NCBI GenBank assembly: GCA_964594665.1
Contig: CAZQNY010000004.1
Location: 185-64,184 of the forward strand
DNA: 64,000 bases
DNA from: an uncultured Bacteroidales bacterium
GTDB lineage: Bacteria > Bacteroidota > Bacteroidia > Bacteroidales > BM520
Direction: 5' to 3'
How positions within the stretch are numbered: the first letter of the stretch is position 1; each line of letters opens with the position of its first letter. Positions 9,962-20,364 of this stretch are shown here, piece after piece. Both the position numbers and the translations under genes were made by a program. Below the pieces are notes generated by a model. The model was not told the origin of the DNA. It worked only from the letters and a program-made list of their open reading frames with translations, and made no database searches.

Positions 9962-10847
9962 AGGAAAAAAACAAGCATTGGGCAGAGGATTAAATGCCAT
10001 ATTACAAAGCCCTGACACAGATATTACATCCAAAGACATTTCCGGCAACTATGTTGTTGGTGCAGTTGCTGAATTACCCATAGGAACCATCGAGGCCAAC
10101 CCTTTTCAGCCACGTGATCATTTCGAAGAAGAAGCATTGCAGGAATTAGCTGAAAGTATACGCCAACAGGGAATTATTCAACCTGTGACAGTTCGAAAAA
10201 TGGGATATGATAAATATCAGCTTATTTCCGGAGAAAGAAGACTTAAAGCATCAAAAATTGCCGGGCTAAAATCTATTCCGGCTTTTATCCGTGTCGCCAA
10301 CGATCAGCAAATGCTCGAAATGGCACTGGTGGAAAATATTCAGAGAGAAAATCTTAACCCCATCGAGGTTGCCATATCCTATCAACGCCTTATTGAGGAA
10401 TGCAATATCACACAGGAAAAACTGGGTGAAAGGGTCGGAAAAAACAGATCTACAGTTACAAATTACCTCCGTTTACTGAAACTACAGCCACAGATTCAAC
10501 TTGCCTTGCAGGATGAACGTATATCCATGGGCCATGCCAGAGCATTACTTGCCATGGAGGATGACCAGGCCCGAATTACACTGCTTGCAAAAATACTGGA
10601 CGAAAACCTTTCTGTCAGAGACATAGAAAAAATTATCAGGGAGGAGAAACAACAAAAAACACCTGTAGCAAGAAAAGCTACAACTCCCCTTCCGCTGCGT
10701 TTTAAAGAGGCTTCAAATCAGCTAGCAGAAAATCTACAGTCTAAAATCCAGATTAAAAGAAGCCTAAAGGGAAAAGGCTCAATAACAATACATTTTAATA
10801 ATGATGATGACTTCGAGCGATTGCTGAAAATCATGGACAAACAATAA
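9951..10847 (+). CDS. parB: Chromosome partitioning protein ParB/Spo0J
   Basis: 298 aa with the ParB box (GIIQPVTVRK...YQLISGERRLKAS) and an HTH region (QEKLGERVGKNRSTVTNYLRLL). Confidence 0.92.
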   Translation: MTTKGKKQALGRGLNAILQSPDTDITSKDISGNYVVGAVAELPIGTIEANPFQPRDHFEEEALQELAESIRQQGIIQPVTVRKMGYDKYQLISGERRLKASKIAGLKSIPAFIRVANDQQMLEMALVENIQRENLNPIEVAISYQRLIEECNITQEKLGERVGKNRSTVTNYLRLLKLQPQIQLALQDERISMGHARALLAMEDDQARITLLAKILDENLSVRDIEKIIREEKQQKTPVARKATTPLPLRFKEASNQLAENLQSKIQIKRSLKGKGSITIHFNNDDDFERLLKIMDKQ

Positions 10848-10848
10848 C

Positions 10849-11439
10849 ATGAGAATTTCCGTTTTTGCTTTTCTTATCCTAGCAGGTCTTTGCCTGTTTC
10901 CATTCAACCCGTCATGGGGACAGAATAATAAACAGACAAACACTGAAAACGAAACTCCGGATGAAGTTTCGCCGGATATAAAAGTACACTCGCCAAAAAA
11001 AGCAACGCTCTACTCCGCAATCCTTCCCGGGCTCGGGCAGGCATACAATAAAAAGTACTGGAAAATCCCGGTTGTATATGCCGGCTTCGCTGGTTGCACT
11101 TACCTTATTACGACAAATAACACGGAATACAGAAAATTTATTGCTGCATACCAATGGCTTGATGAGGGCAGCCAGGGAGATCCGCCAAATGACTATGCAC
11201 TGCGATACAGCACCCCCGAACAGCTTATAAACGGGCAAACAACCTACCGCAGAGCACTGGAACAATCGGTAATTCTTACCGTTCTGTGGTATGGATTAAA
11301 TATTATCGACGCCACTGTTGATGCCCATTTTTTTAACTTCGACATTAACGAAGATTTATCGGTATCTGTTTATCCTGAAATTATTACTACTGCAACAAAA
11401 TCCAACTTTACGGGTGTTGCTTTATCATTTAAATTTTAA
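10849..11439 (+). CDS. DUF5683 domain-containing protein
   Basis: 196 aa with a signal peptide and the motif SAILPGLGQAYNKKYWKIPVVYAG. Its position between parB and dapB is conserved. Confidence 0.75.
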   Translation: MRISVFAFLILAGLCLFPFNPSWGQNNKQTNTENETPDEVSPDIKVHSPKKATLYSAILPGLGQAYNKKYWKIPVVYAGFAGCTYLITTNNTEYRKFIAAYQWLDEGSQGDPPNDYALRYSTPEQLINGQTTYRRALEQSVILTVLWYGLNIIDATVDAHFFNFDINEDLSVSVYPEIITTATKSNFTGVALSFKF

Positions 11440-11441
11440 CT

Positions 11442-12179
11442 ATGAAAATTGCACTTATCGGATATGGAAAAATGGGGAAAGCAGTTCATGCTATCGCAAA
11501 ACAAAAAGGATACCCCGTTCCCTGCATAATCGACAATGAGGAAGACTGGACCAGAAACTGCAAACCATTATCGGAAGTTGCAGATGTTGCCATTGAGTTT
11601 TCGCAACCGTCTGTAGCAACGAATAATATCCTGAGGTGTTTCGACCAGGGAATACCTGTAATTTCAGGCACTACCGGCTGGCAGAACTGCCTTCAGGAAA
11701 TTACCGCTGAAGCAAAAAGCAAAAGCGGAACACTTATATGGGCGCCAAATTTTTCTCCGGGGGTAAACCTGTTTTTTCATCTCAACGAATGGATGTCTTC
11801 GATGATGAATAGCTTCCCGGATTATGATACCTCCATAGAGGAAATTCATCATACTGAAAAACTTGATACTCCCTCAGGAACAGCAATACACCTTGCCAAT
11901 CAATTGATAAGTAACATGGACCGCCTGAAAAGCTGGGTCAAGGCAGAAGAAGCATCAGATGATTTAAGTGAAATACCCATATTCAGTGAAAGAATAGAAA
12001 ATGTTACCGGGATTCACACTGTTACCTGGCAATCACAAATTGATCAGATCGAAATACGCCACACTGCAAAAAACAGGTCCGGATTTGCTTATGGCGCTAT
12101 GCTGGCAGCAGAGTGGGCAGTAAAGAACAATAAATCGGGAGTATTTACATTTAAAGATCTACTTTTTAAGGGTTTTTAA
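11442..12179 (+). CDS. dapB: 4-hydroxy-tetrahydrodipicolinate reductase
   Basis: 245 aa with an N-terminal Rossmann motif (KIALIGYGKMGKAV) and the motif EIHHTEKLDTPSGTA. Confidence 0.9.
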   Translation: MKIALIGYGKMGKAVHAIAKQKGYPVPCIIDNEEDWTRNCKPLSEVADVAIEFSQPSVATNNILRCFDQGIPVISGTTGWQNCLQEITAEAKSKSGTLIWAPNFSPGVNLFFHLNEWMSSMMNSFPDYDTSIEEIHHTEKLDTPSGTAIHLANQLISNMDRLKSWVKAEEASDDLSEIPIFSERIENVTGIHTVTWQSQIDQIEIRHTAKNRSGFAYGAMLAAEWAVKNNKSGVFTFKDLLFKGF

Positions 12180-12189
12180 CATTTGTGAC

Positions 12190-12197
12190 TACTTTTG
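12190..12197 (+). promoter_or_regulatory. -7 box for lepB
   Basis: TACTTTTG lies upstream of ATG 12246. Confidence 0.4.
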
Positions 12198-12245
12198 TAA
12201 GAAACATATGCGCATTTTTGGCGTCTAAAAACGAAATTAACAATC

Positions 12246-13778
12246 ATGGACGGAGTTATTCTCTCTTTTTTACTGGTAAAAATATTTTTCCCTGTCTTCA
12301 CATGGAAAACATTTGAAGAAGCTGGTTATGAAGGCTTTAAAACATTAATTCCAGGATATAATTATTATCTCTGGCTAAAAATTGTAAAAAAACCATTTTG
12401 GTGGCTGTTATTGATCTATACACCTTTTATAGCATACTTCATGCTATTTCTTCTTATTGTGGAAACCGCAAAGTGTTACCGCAAGAATGATCTTGGCAAT
12501 CAGGCGCTGGCTGTATTATTTAGTATTATATATCTGCCATATCTGGGCTTTAGTGCAAAGGAAAGCTATACTGATCCGGATAAACTTCCTCCCTACAAAA
12601 AATCCTCTGTCAGGGAATGGGTTGATGCAATCATTTTTGCTGTCGTTGCAGCAAGCATAATACGGATGTTCATCTTTGAAGCCTATACAATACCCACCTC
12701 TTCGATGGAAAAATCATTGCTGGTAGGCGATTTTCTTTTTGTTAGTAAAGTAGCTTATGGGCCACGGGCACCGGAAACACCGTTATCCTTTCCCTTTGTA
12801 CACCATACGATGCCATTGACCAAAAGCACCAAATCATACCTGGAATGGATAAAAATGCCTTACTATCGCTATCCGGGCTTTAGTCAAGTAAAAAATAACG
12901 ATGTCGTTGTATTCAACTATCCGGAAGGCGACACGGTTTCCACAACTTTCCAGAGCAACGCAAGTTACTACTCCCTTGTAAGGCAATTTGGCAGAAAACG
13001 TGTCAATACAGATAAAAGAAACTTTGGAGATATCATTTACCGCCCGGTGGATAAAAGAGAAAACTATATTAAAAGATGTATTGGTATCCCGGGAGATGAG
13101 ATTCTTGTTAAAAACGGTATTGTCTTTGTTAATGGCAAAGAGAATATGGATCCGGGAATAAAACAACTCTCCTACCGTGTTTCGACTAACGGGCAGTCAA
13201 TAAACAACAGGGTATTTGATAAACTTGATATCACTGAAAAACCGCAATACAGCAACCTTACACACGAATACATACTTACATTAACAGAGGAGTCAGCACG
13301 GGAAATTGAAAAACTCCCAAATGTTACGGATGTTCAGCCCTACCTTACTCCTGCAAGTGAGTACTTTGCAGCTGGAGCACAGCAATATCTCTTCCCTTAT
13401 GATACAAATTATCAGTGGACAGTAGACAACTACGGTCCAATAATTCTCCCGCAAGCAGGAGTACCCATTGAACTCAACATGAAAAACCTCCCGTTGTTTG
13501 AACGAATGATCACCGTATATGAAGGAAATACCCTTCGTACTGAAGGCGAAAAAATCTTTATTAATGATCAAGAAGCAAGCAGCTATACCCCAAAACAGGG
13601 TTACTACTGGATGATGGGTGACAACAGACACAACAGTGCTGACAGCCGCTTCTGGGGATATGTTCCGGAAGACCACATTGTAGGAAAGGCCTCATTTGTT
13701 TGGCTCTCACTTGATAAAAACAAGAGTCTCTTCAGCGGAAAAATAAGATGGAATAAATTAATGAGAAAAATATCATAA
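12246..13778 (+). CDS. lepB: Signal peptidase I (long Bacteroidota form)
   Basis: 510 aa with S26 motifs: IPTSSMEKSLLVGDFLFVSK (catalytic Ser), YIKRCIGIPGD (Lys box) and YWMMGDNRHNSADSRFWGYVPE. Confidence 0.88.
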   Translation: MDGVILSFLLVKIFFPVFTWKTFEEAGYEGFKTLIPGYNYYLWLKIVKKPFWWLLLIYTPFIAYFMLFLLIVETAKCYRKNDLGNQALAVLFSIIYLPYLGFSAKESYTDPDKLPPYKKSSVREWVDAIIFAVVAASIIRMFIFEAYTIPTSSMEKSLLVGDFLFVSKVAYGPRAPETPLSFPFVHHTMPLTKSTKSYLEWIKMPYYRYPGFSQVKNNDVVVFNYPEGDTVSTTFQSNASYYSLVRQFGRKRVNTDKRNFGDIIYRPVDKRENYIKRCIGIPGDEILVKNGIVFVNGKENMDPGIKQLSYRVSTNGQSINNRVFDKLDITEKPQYSNLTHEYILTLTEESAREIEKLPNVTDVQPYLTPASEYFAAGAQQYLFPYDTNYQWTVDNYGPIILPQAGVPIELNMKNLPLFERMITVYEGNTLRTEGEKIFINDQEASSYTPKQGYYWMMGDNRHNSADSRFWGYVPEDHIVGKASFVWLSLDKNKSLFSGKIRWNKLMRKIS

Positions 13779-13786
13779 CAAAAAAA

Positions 13787-14473
13787 ATGAATCGAATGAA
13801 AAACAAAATCACATTTGTTATTGCAGTGTTAACTCTCGTAATCGCGATAACTTCAGCAAGCTTTGCTCAAAAACCCTTCAAAGGTGTTGTTACCTATGAA
13901 ATAACATACCCGGGAATGGAACTAGACCCGATGATGCAAAACCAATTACCCTCTATAATGACATTCTCGATGAAAGATAATATGGGGAAAATGGAAATGC
14001 CCACCGGAATGTACACACAGGGTGAAATAATTGATGCTGATGCAAAAACGCTTATCACATTCATTGAAGCAATGGGGCAAAAATTCCAGATTATCATGGA
14101 TGCTGAAGCTGTAGAAGCAAAAAAAGGTGACGCACCAAAACCTGCTATCGAGAAAACCGGCGACCAGAAAGAAATTGCCGGCTACAATTGTAAAATGGCT
14201 TCCGTTACAATGACTTTGGAAAATGGACAGGAAATCGAAACTGATGTTTACTATTCCAAAGATATTTACAGCCCTGCAATGGCATTTCATAATGACTTTG
14301 AAGGTATCGACGGATTCCCTTTTGAATATATGATGGACATGGGCCAGATGAAAATGAAATTCACTGTTACTTCCGTAAAAAAAGGTGGTGTCAAGGATAA
14401 AGACTTTGTTCTTCCTGAAGATTACAAGGTAGTTACAGAAGAAGAACTAAAAAATATGTTTGGTGGAATGTAA
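13787..14473 (+). CDS. Secreted hypothetical protein (DUF4412-like)
   Basis: 228 aa with a signal peptide (..SASFAQ). It is Met-rich and beta-rich. I recognise no catalytic motif. Confidence 0.5.
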   Translation: MNRMKNKITFVIAVLTLVIAITSASFAQKPFKGVVTYEITYPGMELDPMMQNQLPSIMTFSMKDNMGKMEMPTGMYTQGEIIDADAKTLITFIEAMGQKFQIIMDAEAVEAKKGDAPKPAIEKTGDQKEIAGYNCKMASVTMTLENGQEIETDVYYSKDIYSPAMAFHNDFEGIDGFPFEYMMDMGQMKMKFTVTSVKKGGVKDKDFVLPEDYKVVTEEELKNMFGGM

Positions 14474-14493
14474 AAACCATTAATAAATACAAC

Positions 14494-14527
14494 AAAAAAC
14501 CGGGTCTCAATACGTCCCGGTTTTTTT
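14494..14527. terminator. Bidirectional intrinsic terminator between convergent genes
   Basis: The structure is A6-CCGGG, an 11-nt loop, then CCCGG-T7. An A-tract precedes the stem and a T-tract follows it. Confidence 0.75.
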
Positions 14528-14540
14528 ATACGCTTCTATC

Positions 14541-15464
14541 TTAAAATACAGGTCGCCAAATATGACAATAGGGAGAAGATCCGTTCTTTTCATAATAATC
14601 CTGATGATAATTCTCTGCAGGATAAAAAGGCGCTTCCGGCAATACCCTGGTTGCAACCTTATAGTTTTTTTTCTCTTCAAGATAACGAATAGTCTTCTCT
14701 GCCGTTTCTTTTTGCGTAGTATCAAAATAGAATACGCGTGACAGATACTGACTTCCAATGTCCGGACCTTGTCCATTAACCTGAGTAAAATCGTGGGTTT
14801 CAAAAAACAGGACCAATAGATCACGATAACTTACCACTGAAGGATCATAAATCACCTTTACGGCTTCCACATGCCCTGTTTTACCGGTACAGACTTCATC
14901 ATACGATGGATTTTCGGTTTTCCCGCCGGTATACCCTACCGTCGTTTCGATGACACCTTTCTTTTTCGCAAGATGGTATTCGGTACCCCAAAAGCACCCG
15001 GAAGCAAAAACAGCTGTCGCATACTCTTTTTTTTCAGCAACAAAATCCAACGAAGCACTATTTACACAATGTCGGATATTTTTGTCTGTAAACCCCTCTC
15101 CAGCAAACACATGACCAAGGTGGGCATCGCAATTGGCACACAGTATCTCAGTTCTGTATCCATCAGCATCTACCTCACGCTTTATTGCACCCTTTACTTC
15201 ATCATCAAAACTGGGCCACCCGCAATGTCCGTCAAATTTATCCGAAGACCTGTATAACAAAGCACCACAACGTTTGCAATGATATGAACCATCCTCAAAA
15301 TGATCCCAGTATTCACCGGTAAATGGGCGTTCCGTCCCTTTATCTTCAATAATAAACTTCTCAAAAGGTGTTAGCTTTACATTTTCCATATTTTCCTGTG
15401 CATTTGCGGTTCCTGTTAAAAACAACAATACAACAACCGCAACCATTAATTTTCCTATATTCAT
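14541..15464 (-). CDS. msrAB: Exported bifunctional methionine sulfoxide reductase MsrB-MsrA
   Basis: 307 aa with a signal peptide (..TGTANAQ). The MsrB half has Zn CxxC pairs ([20 protein letters not shown]) and catalytic RHCVNS. The MsrA half has the GCFWGTE motif. Confidence 0.9.
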   Translation of the reverse strand: MNIGKLMVAVVVLLFLTGTANAQENMENVKLTPFEKFIIEDKGTERPFTGEYWDHFEDGSYHCKRCGALLYRSSDKFDGHCGWPSFDDEVKGAIKREVDADGYRTEILCANCDAHLGHVFAGEGFTDKNIRHCVNSASLDFVAEKKEYATAVFASGCFWGTEYHLAKKKGVIETTVGYTGGKTENPSYDEVCTGKTGHVEAVKVIYDPSVVSYRDLLVLFFETHDFTQVNGQGPDIGSQYLSRVFYFDTTQKETAEKTIRYLEEKKNYKVATRVLPEAPFYPAENYHQDYYEKNGSSPYCHIWRPVF

Positions 15465-15489
15465 ACTACCAACCTCATTACATACCTAA

Positions 15490-15519
15490 CTGTAAAGCAA
15501 TCATACAGAGGCTTTACAG
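15490..15519. promoter_or_regulatory. 9-bp inverted repeat in the msrAB/ftsK divergent region
   Basis: The arms CTGTAAAGC and GCTTTACAG are separated by 12 nt. The repeat lies 26-55 nt upstream of the msrAB ATG. Confidence 0.3.
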
Positions 15520-15582
15520 CATATTGTCACAATCCAACAACGAAAGAGAGAAAATAGTTCATCCTGTTCTGCTCTGATTTTT

Positions 15583-15590
15583 TATCTTTG
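15583..15590 (+). promoter_or_regulatory. -7 box for ftsK
   Basis: TATCTTTG lies 20 nt upstream of ATG 15611. Confidence 0.45.
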
Positions 15591-15610
15591 TAAATTAAAG
15601 AAGTTTCAGG

Positions 15611-18127
15611 ATGCCACAATCAAAGTCCTTAAAAAAGAATATTTTAAAGAAAGCTGATACTACAAAAGGTAAAAAAAACAGCTCAGGGAAAAAGAAGCCT
15701 GTGAAAAAGGCTTCAGGCAGCAAAAAGCAAAAAAACAGCTTTCTGCATGATGAACGCTATCATCTCATAGGTGGGATATTCCTGCTTATCCTTTCGCTAT
15801 ATCTGCTGGTATCATTGGGTTCATATATTTATAACTATACGGGAACAGGAACAAACTTATCCAATGCAGGCGGGTACTTCGGTCGCTCATTGGGAAACCT
15901 GTTAATGCATACAACCTTTGGGTCCGGAGCACTTGTAATTCCTGTATGGGCATTCATTGCCGGGGTTCTCATTATCTGGCCAGGGAAGATTTCACGACCG
16001 ACAACAATCATTTTTCATACACTTTTCTGGATTATCTGGTTACCATCGCTAATGGCATTTATTTTTTATACTGAACCATTCGTCATGTTCGCAGGCTCTC
16101 TAGGAACTATGATAAGAGATTTACTTATTTCCGGTGTCGGAAAAGTGTTTTCCATCATTATTGTGGCCTTTTTACTAATCACATACCTTATTTTCGGGTT
16201 TAATTTTCACCTTTTATTCCGAAAAAAAGAAAACCCACAAAAGAAAAAAAGTAAAAAGACCAACACCAATAATATTCCTGAAGAGGGAGTAGATATTTTT
16301 AATACCAATGAATATGCCGTTGATGATTCAGAATTGGAAACGGATTTCATTAACAGTACTACCGTAGGCCCTGACAAGGAAAACAAAAATAATGAAACCA
16401 CAGCAACAGCAGAAACGCCTGTGGATACAAAAAACATAGAGCTGGAAGCACCCGCAAAAGAAGATCAGAAGAAAGATAAACCAGAGGCCAAAGACGACAT
16501 CAATTTAACCGTTGAAGAAGTAAAAGAGGAAGAAAAAGTAACCACTCCCAGGGTTCAGGAGCATTATGGGCTGGATACAAAATATGACCCACGGTTGGAT
16601 TTACCTGATTTTATATTCCCTGAAACAGAATTCCTAAAGGCTTATGGCAGTGATACTGTTAGCATTAACAAACAGGAGCTTGAAGAAAACAAGAATAAGA
16701 TTGTTAAGACCCTGAATAATTATTCCATAAAAATTGATCAGATAAAAGCCACTATCGGCCCTACCATTACACTATACGAAATTGTTCCGGCGCCGGGTAT
16801 TCGCATCAGTAAGATCAAAAACCTGGAAGATGACATTGCTCTCAGTTTATCGGCTTTAGGCATCAGAATTATTGCGCCTATTCCCGGGAAAGGAACCATC
16901 GGTATTGAAGTTCCGAATCGTAAGCCTCAGACAGTATCCATGAAATCGATTATTGAGAGCACCCGGTTTCAGGATAACAAATTTGAACTTCCCATAGGAT
17001 TAGGAAAAACCATTGCCAACGAATCGTTTGTTGCTGACCTGACCAAAATGCCGCACTTGCTTATTGCCGGTGCTACGGGACAGGGTAAATCAGTAGGATT
17101 GAATGCAATACTCACGTCATTATTATATAAAAAACACCCCAGTGAGTTAAAGCTGATCCTTGTGGATCCAAAAAAGGTTGAGTTAACCCTGTTCAATCGC
17201 ATTGAAAGGCACTATTTAGCAAAACTACCTAATTCAGAAGAAGCTATCATCACTGACACCAAGAAGGTTGTGCAAACGCTAAATTCGCTGATCATTGAGA
17301 TGGAAAACAGGTACAACCTGCTCAAAGATGCCCAGGTACGAAATATCAAGGAATATAATGCGCGATTCATCCAGCGAAAGCTAAACCCTGAAGAAGGGCA
17401 CAGTTATTTGCCGTATATTGTCCTTGTGGTGGATGAATTTGCCGACTTAATTATGACTGCCGGCAAAGAGATAGAACAGCCCATAACCCGCCTGGCTCAG
17501 CTGGCCCGTGCCATTGGTATACATTTAATAATTGCAACACAGAGGCCGTCGGTGAACATTATCACCGGAACCATAAAAGCAAACTTCCCGGCACGAATAG
17601 CATTCAGGGTTGTTTCAAAGATGGATAGCCGTACAATTCTCGACAGCGGTGGTGCAGATCAATTGGTTGGACGTGGTGATATGTTGTTAAGTACCGGCAG
17701 CGATATCACCAGGCTGCAGTGTGCCTTTGTCGATACCCCGGAGGTAGAGACCATCACTGATTTCATCGGCAGCCAACGCGGATACCCTGAAGCCTTTGCA
17801 TTACCTGAGGTGCCCGATGAAGAAGCTGATGAAATCCCTGAATTCAGCAGCGAAGACCGCGACCCGCTGTTTGAAGATGCGGCCCGCATGATTGTCATCA
17901 ACCAGCATGGTTCCACTTCATTGTTACAACGAAAACTAAAGCTGGGCTATAATCGCGCAGGAAGACTTATCGATCAATTGGAAGCTGTGGGAATAGTGGG
18001 GCCCTTTGAGGGGTCTAAAGCAAGAGAAGTGAAAATTGGCTCCGAAATGGCTTTGGAACAATTTTTGAAAGATTTATACGCCAAAGAAAATAGCAATAAA
18101 GATTCAAACAGCGATTACATGTTTTAA
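15611..18127 (+). CDS. ftsK: DNA translocase FtsK/SpoIIIE
   Basis: 838 aa. It has a Lys-rich N-terminus, 4-5 TM helices, an acidic linker, a motor domain with Walker A (AGATGQGKSVGLN) and Walker B (VLVVDEFADL), and a C-terminal gamma wHTH domain. Confidence 0.92.
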   Translation: MPQSKSLKKNILKKADTTKGKKNSSGKKKPVKKASGSKKQKNSFLHDERYHLIGGIFLLILSLYLLVSLGSYIYNYTGTGTNLSNAGGYFGRSLGNLLMHTTFGSGALVIPVWAFIAGVLIIWPGKISRPTTIIFHTLFWIIWLPSLMAFIFYTEPFVMFAGSLGTMIRDLLISGVGKVFSIIIVAFLLITYLIFGFNFHLLFRKKENPQKKKSKKTNTNNIPEEGVDIFNTNEYAVDDSELETDFINSTTVGPDKENKNNETTATAETPVDTKNIELEAPAKEDQKKDKPEAKDDINLTVEEVKEEEKVTTPRVQEHYGLDTKYDPRLDLPDFIFPETEFLKAYGSDTVSINKQELEENKNKIVKTLNNYSIKIDQIKATIGPTITLYEIVPAPGIRISKIKNLEDDIALSLSALGIRIIAPIPGKGTIGIEVPNRKPQTVSMKSIIESTRFQDNKFELPIGLGKTIANESFVADLTKMPHLLIAGATGQGKSVGLNAILTSLLYKKHPSELKLILVDPKKVELTLFNRIERHYLAKLPNSEEAIITDTKKVVQTLNSLIIEMENRYNLLKDAQVRNIKEYNARFIQRKLNPEEGHSYLPYIVLVVDEFADLIMTAGKEIEQPITRLAQLARAIGIHLIIATQRPSVNIITGTIKANFPARIAFRVVSKMDSRTILDSGGADQLVGRGDMLLSTGSDITRLQCAFVDTPEVETITDFIGSQRGYPEAFALPEVPDEEADEIPEFSSEDRDPLFEDAARMIVINQHGSTSLLQRKLKLGYNRAGRLIDQLEAVGIVGPFEGSKAREVKIGSEMALEQFLKDLYAKENSNKDSNSDYMF

Positions 18128-18138
18128 TTCTGAATGCT

Positions 18139-18146
18139 TATCTTTG
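18139..18146 (+). promoter_or_regulatory. -7 box for lolA-aat
   Basis: TATCTTTG lies 19 nt upstream of ATG 18166. Confidence 0.4.
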
Positions 18147-18165
18147 CCAGCTTTTTAACATAAAA

Positions 18166-18813
18166 ATGATTACAATGAAAAAAATATCATCCTTACTCAT
18201 CCTGCTTATTGTTTTTATCAGTGCCTTATTTGCACAAAATGACGCCAATAAAATTCTCAGCGATTTTGCCGCAAAAGCACAAAGCTACAGCAGCATATCA
18301 GCTGATTTTCAATATATCATGGAAAATACAAATGAAAATATTAGCGATAGCTACAACGGGAAACTGCTGTTAAAAGGCGATAAATTCAGGCTTGAAATTG
18401 CAGGACAGGTCATAATAAGCGATGGTATATCCATATGGACTTATATTCCTGATGCAGAGGAGGTACAGGTAAACTCTGCCGAAGAGTCAGAAGACCTGTT
18501 TACTCCGGCAAAGCTATTCTCTTCCTACTCTGAAGATTTTGAAGCATCCTACAAAAAACAATATTCGGTCGGGCCCAGGAAAATACATGTTTTGAAACTT
18601 ATCCCTTTGGATGAATCACAGGGTTTCAATAAAGCTGAAATGGAACTTGATGCCGAATCATTACAACTTATACGGTTTTCACTGTTTGATAATCATCATA
18701 ATAAATTCGGATATATTGTAGATAAATTCTTCACTGACAAAGACCTTAATGACAATCTGTTTACGTTTAACAGCGCCGAATACCCTGATGTTGAGGTCAT
18801 AGACATGAGATAG
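18166..18813 (+). CDS. lolA: Outer-membrane lipoprotein carrier LolA-like protein
   Basis: 215 aa with a signal peptide and LolA-like layout (F.Y......S..Y.GKLLLKGDKFRLE). Its stop directly abuts the aat start. Confidence 0.7.
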   Translation: MITMKKISSLLILLIVFISALFAQNDANKILSDFAAKAQSYSSISADFQYIMENTNENISDSYNGKLLLKGDKFRLEIAGQVIISDGISIWTYIPDAEEVQVNSAEESEDLFTPAKLFSSYSEDFEASYKKQYSVGPRKIHVLKLIPLDESQGFNKAEMELDAESLQLIRFSLFDNHHNKFGYIVDKFFTDKDLNDNLFTFNSAEYPDVEVIDMR

Positions 18814-19482
18814 ATGGACCGTGGATCCGAATATATATTTCCTGATATTAATGAAGCCAATAAAGACGGACTTTTAGCCATAGGGGGTGATTTAGCACCT
18901 TCAACACTGCTGGAAGCCTATTCACACGGGATCTTCCCATGGTTTGACAACGAATCACCAATAATGTGGTGGTCTCCGGATCCAAGAATGATACTCCCTA
19001 CGGATAAAATTCATATTTCAAAATCATTATCCCGGGTTATTAAATCCAACAAATATTCAGTATCTTTCGACAAGGTTTTTAACGAGGTTATAAACCTTTG
19101 TGCTCAGGTGCCACGTGAAGATGGTTATGGCACATGGATAACAGATCAAATGATGAAGGCTTATATGCGGCTTTTTAAACTTGGATATGCACATTCAGTT
19201 GAGATATGGCATGATAAATCACTTGCCGGGGGCTTATATGGCGTTCAACTGGGGCGCATGTTTTTCGGTGAATCCATGTTTCATATTATGCCTGATGCTT
19301 CAAAAATGGCATTATATTATTTAACTGAAAAGCTAAAAACATTAAATATCCCGGTTATAGACTGCCAGCAGGAGACTGAGCATTTAAAAAGAATGGGTGC
19401 AGTGGCAGTAAGCAGAATGGAATTTAAAAAAATGATTGCCATAGCTATGGAAAAACCGATTTGTGACTTAAAATGGCATTAA
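18814..19482 (+). CDS. aat: Leucyl/phenylalanyl-tRNA-protein transferase
   Basis: 222 aa with the motifs GLLAIGGDLAPSTLLEAYSHGIFPWF..PIMWWSPDPR and GTWIT...AY..L...GYAHSVE, matching E. coli Aat. Confidence 0.88.
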   Translation: MDRGSEYIFPDINEANKDGLLAIGGDLAPSTLLEAYSHGIFPWFDNESPIMWWSPDPRMILPTDKIHISKSLSRVIKSNKYSVSFDKVFNEVINLCAQVPREDGYGTWITDQMMKAYMRLFKLGYAHSVEIWHDKSLAGGLYGVQLGRMFFGESMFHIMPDASKMALYYLTEKLKTLNIPVIDCQQETEHLKRMGAVAVSRMEFKKMIAIAMEKPICDLKWH

Positions 19483-19491
19483 AATAATATC

Positions 19492-19968
19492 ATGGAAAAC
19501 TTTAATAAAAATTTCTTAATAAAAGCCATCGAGCTTGCAAAAAACAATATTGAAAAGGAATGTGGTGGTCCTTTTGGAGCTGTAATTGTAAAAAATGGTG
19601 AAATAATTGCGACAGGAGCCAACCACGTTACCACAGAAAATGATCCTACAGCACATGCTGAGATTGTTGCTATCCGAAATGCCTGTAAAAAGCTGGGCAC
19701 ATTCCAACTGGAAGGGTGTGAATTATACACCAGCTGCGAGCCTTGCCCTATGTGCCTGGGAGCCATTTACTGGGCCCGCCCCGAGAGGTTTTATTATGCT
19801 GCATCAAAAAGCGATGCTGCGAAAGCTGGTTTTGACGACTCCTTTATTTATGATGAAATAGTATTAAAACCGGAAGAAAGAAGCATACCCGGAATACAGG
19901 CACTGCAACAAGAGGCTGTTAAAGTATTCAGTGTTTGGACAGAATTGGAAAATAAAACAGATTATTAA
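19492..19968 (+). CDS. CDA-fold nucleoside deaminase (guanine deaminase GuaD-like)
   Basis: 158 aa with Zn motifs TAHAEIVAIRNAC and SCEPCPMCLGAIYWARP. The tail AAKAGFDDSFIYDE resembles B. subtilis GuaD. Confidence 0.8.
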   Translation: MENFNKNFLIKAIELAKNNIEKECGGPFGAVIVKNGEIIATGANHVTTENDPTAHAEIVAIRNACKKLGTFQLEGCELYTSCEPCPMCLGAIYWARPERFYYAASKSDAAKAGFDDSFIYDEIVLKPEERSIPGIQALQQEAVKVFSVWTELENKTDY

Positions 19969-19983
19969 TAAAATATCCTTGAC

Positions 19984-20364
19984 ATGAATTTTGAACTTGA
20001 AGGCAGACTAATTGAAAAGTATAATACCCAGGAAGTTACTGCAACATTTAAAAAAAGAGAGTTTGTTATCGAACACCGCGAAGATGCCGGGGGAAGGGAA
20101 TTTATAAATACTATAAAATTCCAAACAGTACAGGACAGATGTGCCATGCTCGATAACTTCAACCTCAACGACCTTGTGAAAGTTTCCTTTTCCATAAAGG
20201 GACGCAAATGGGAAAAAAACGGCCAGATAAATTACTTTAATAACCTGGAGGCATGGAGAATAGAATCTTCAGCACCGGCAACACCACAACAGACACCGCC
20301 GCAGGATATTTCTGTCGACGACCTGCCGCCTCTGCCGGAAGATTACAATGACCTTCCTTTCTGA
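19984..20364 (+). CDS. DUF3127 domain-containing protein
   Basis: 126 aa with the N-terminal OB-like segment ELEGRLIEKYNTQEVTATFKKREFVIE and a Pro/Asp-rich tail. There is a 1-nt TGATG overlap with the next gene. Confidence 0.65.
   Translation: MNFELEGRLIEKYNTQEVTATFKKREFVIEHREDAGGREFINTIKFQTVQDRCAMLDNFNLNDLVKVSFSIKGRKWEKNGQINYFNNLEAWRIESSAPATPQQTPPQDISVDDLPPLPEDYNDLPF

Noticed and set aside
14507-14824. 105-aa minus-strand ORF overlapping msrAB in another frame
   Set aside because: It lies in an alternative frame of a well-supported gene, and its Arg/Ile/Leu-rich composition is typical of an off-frame translation.
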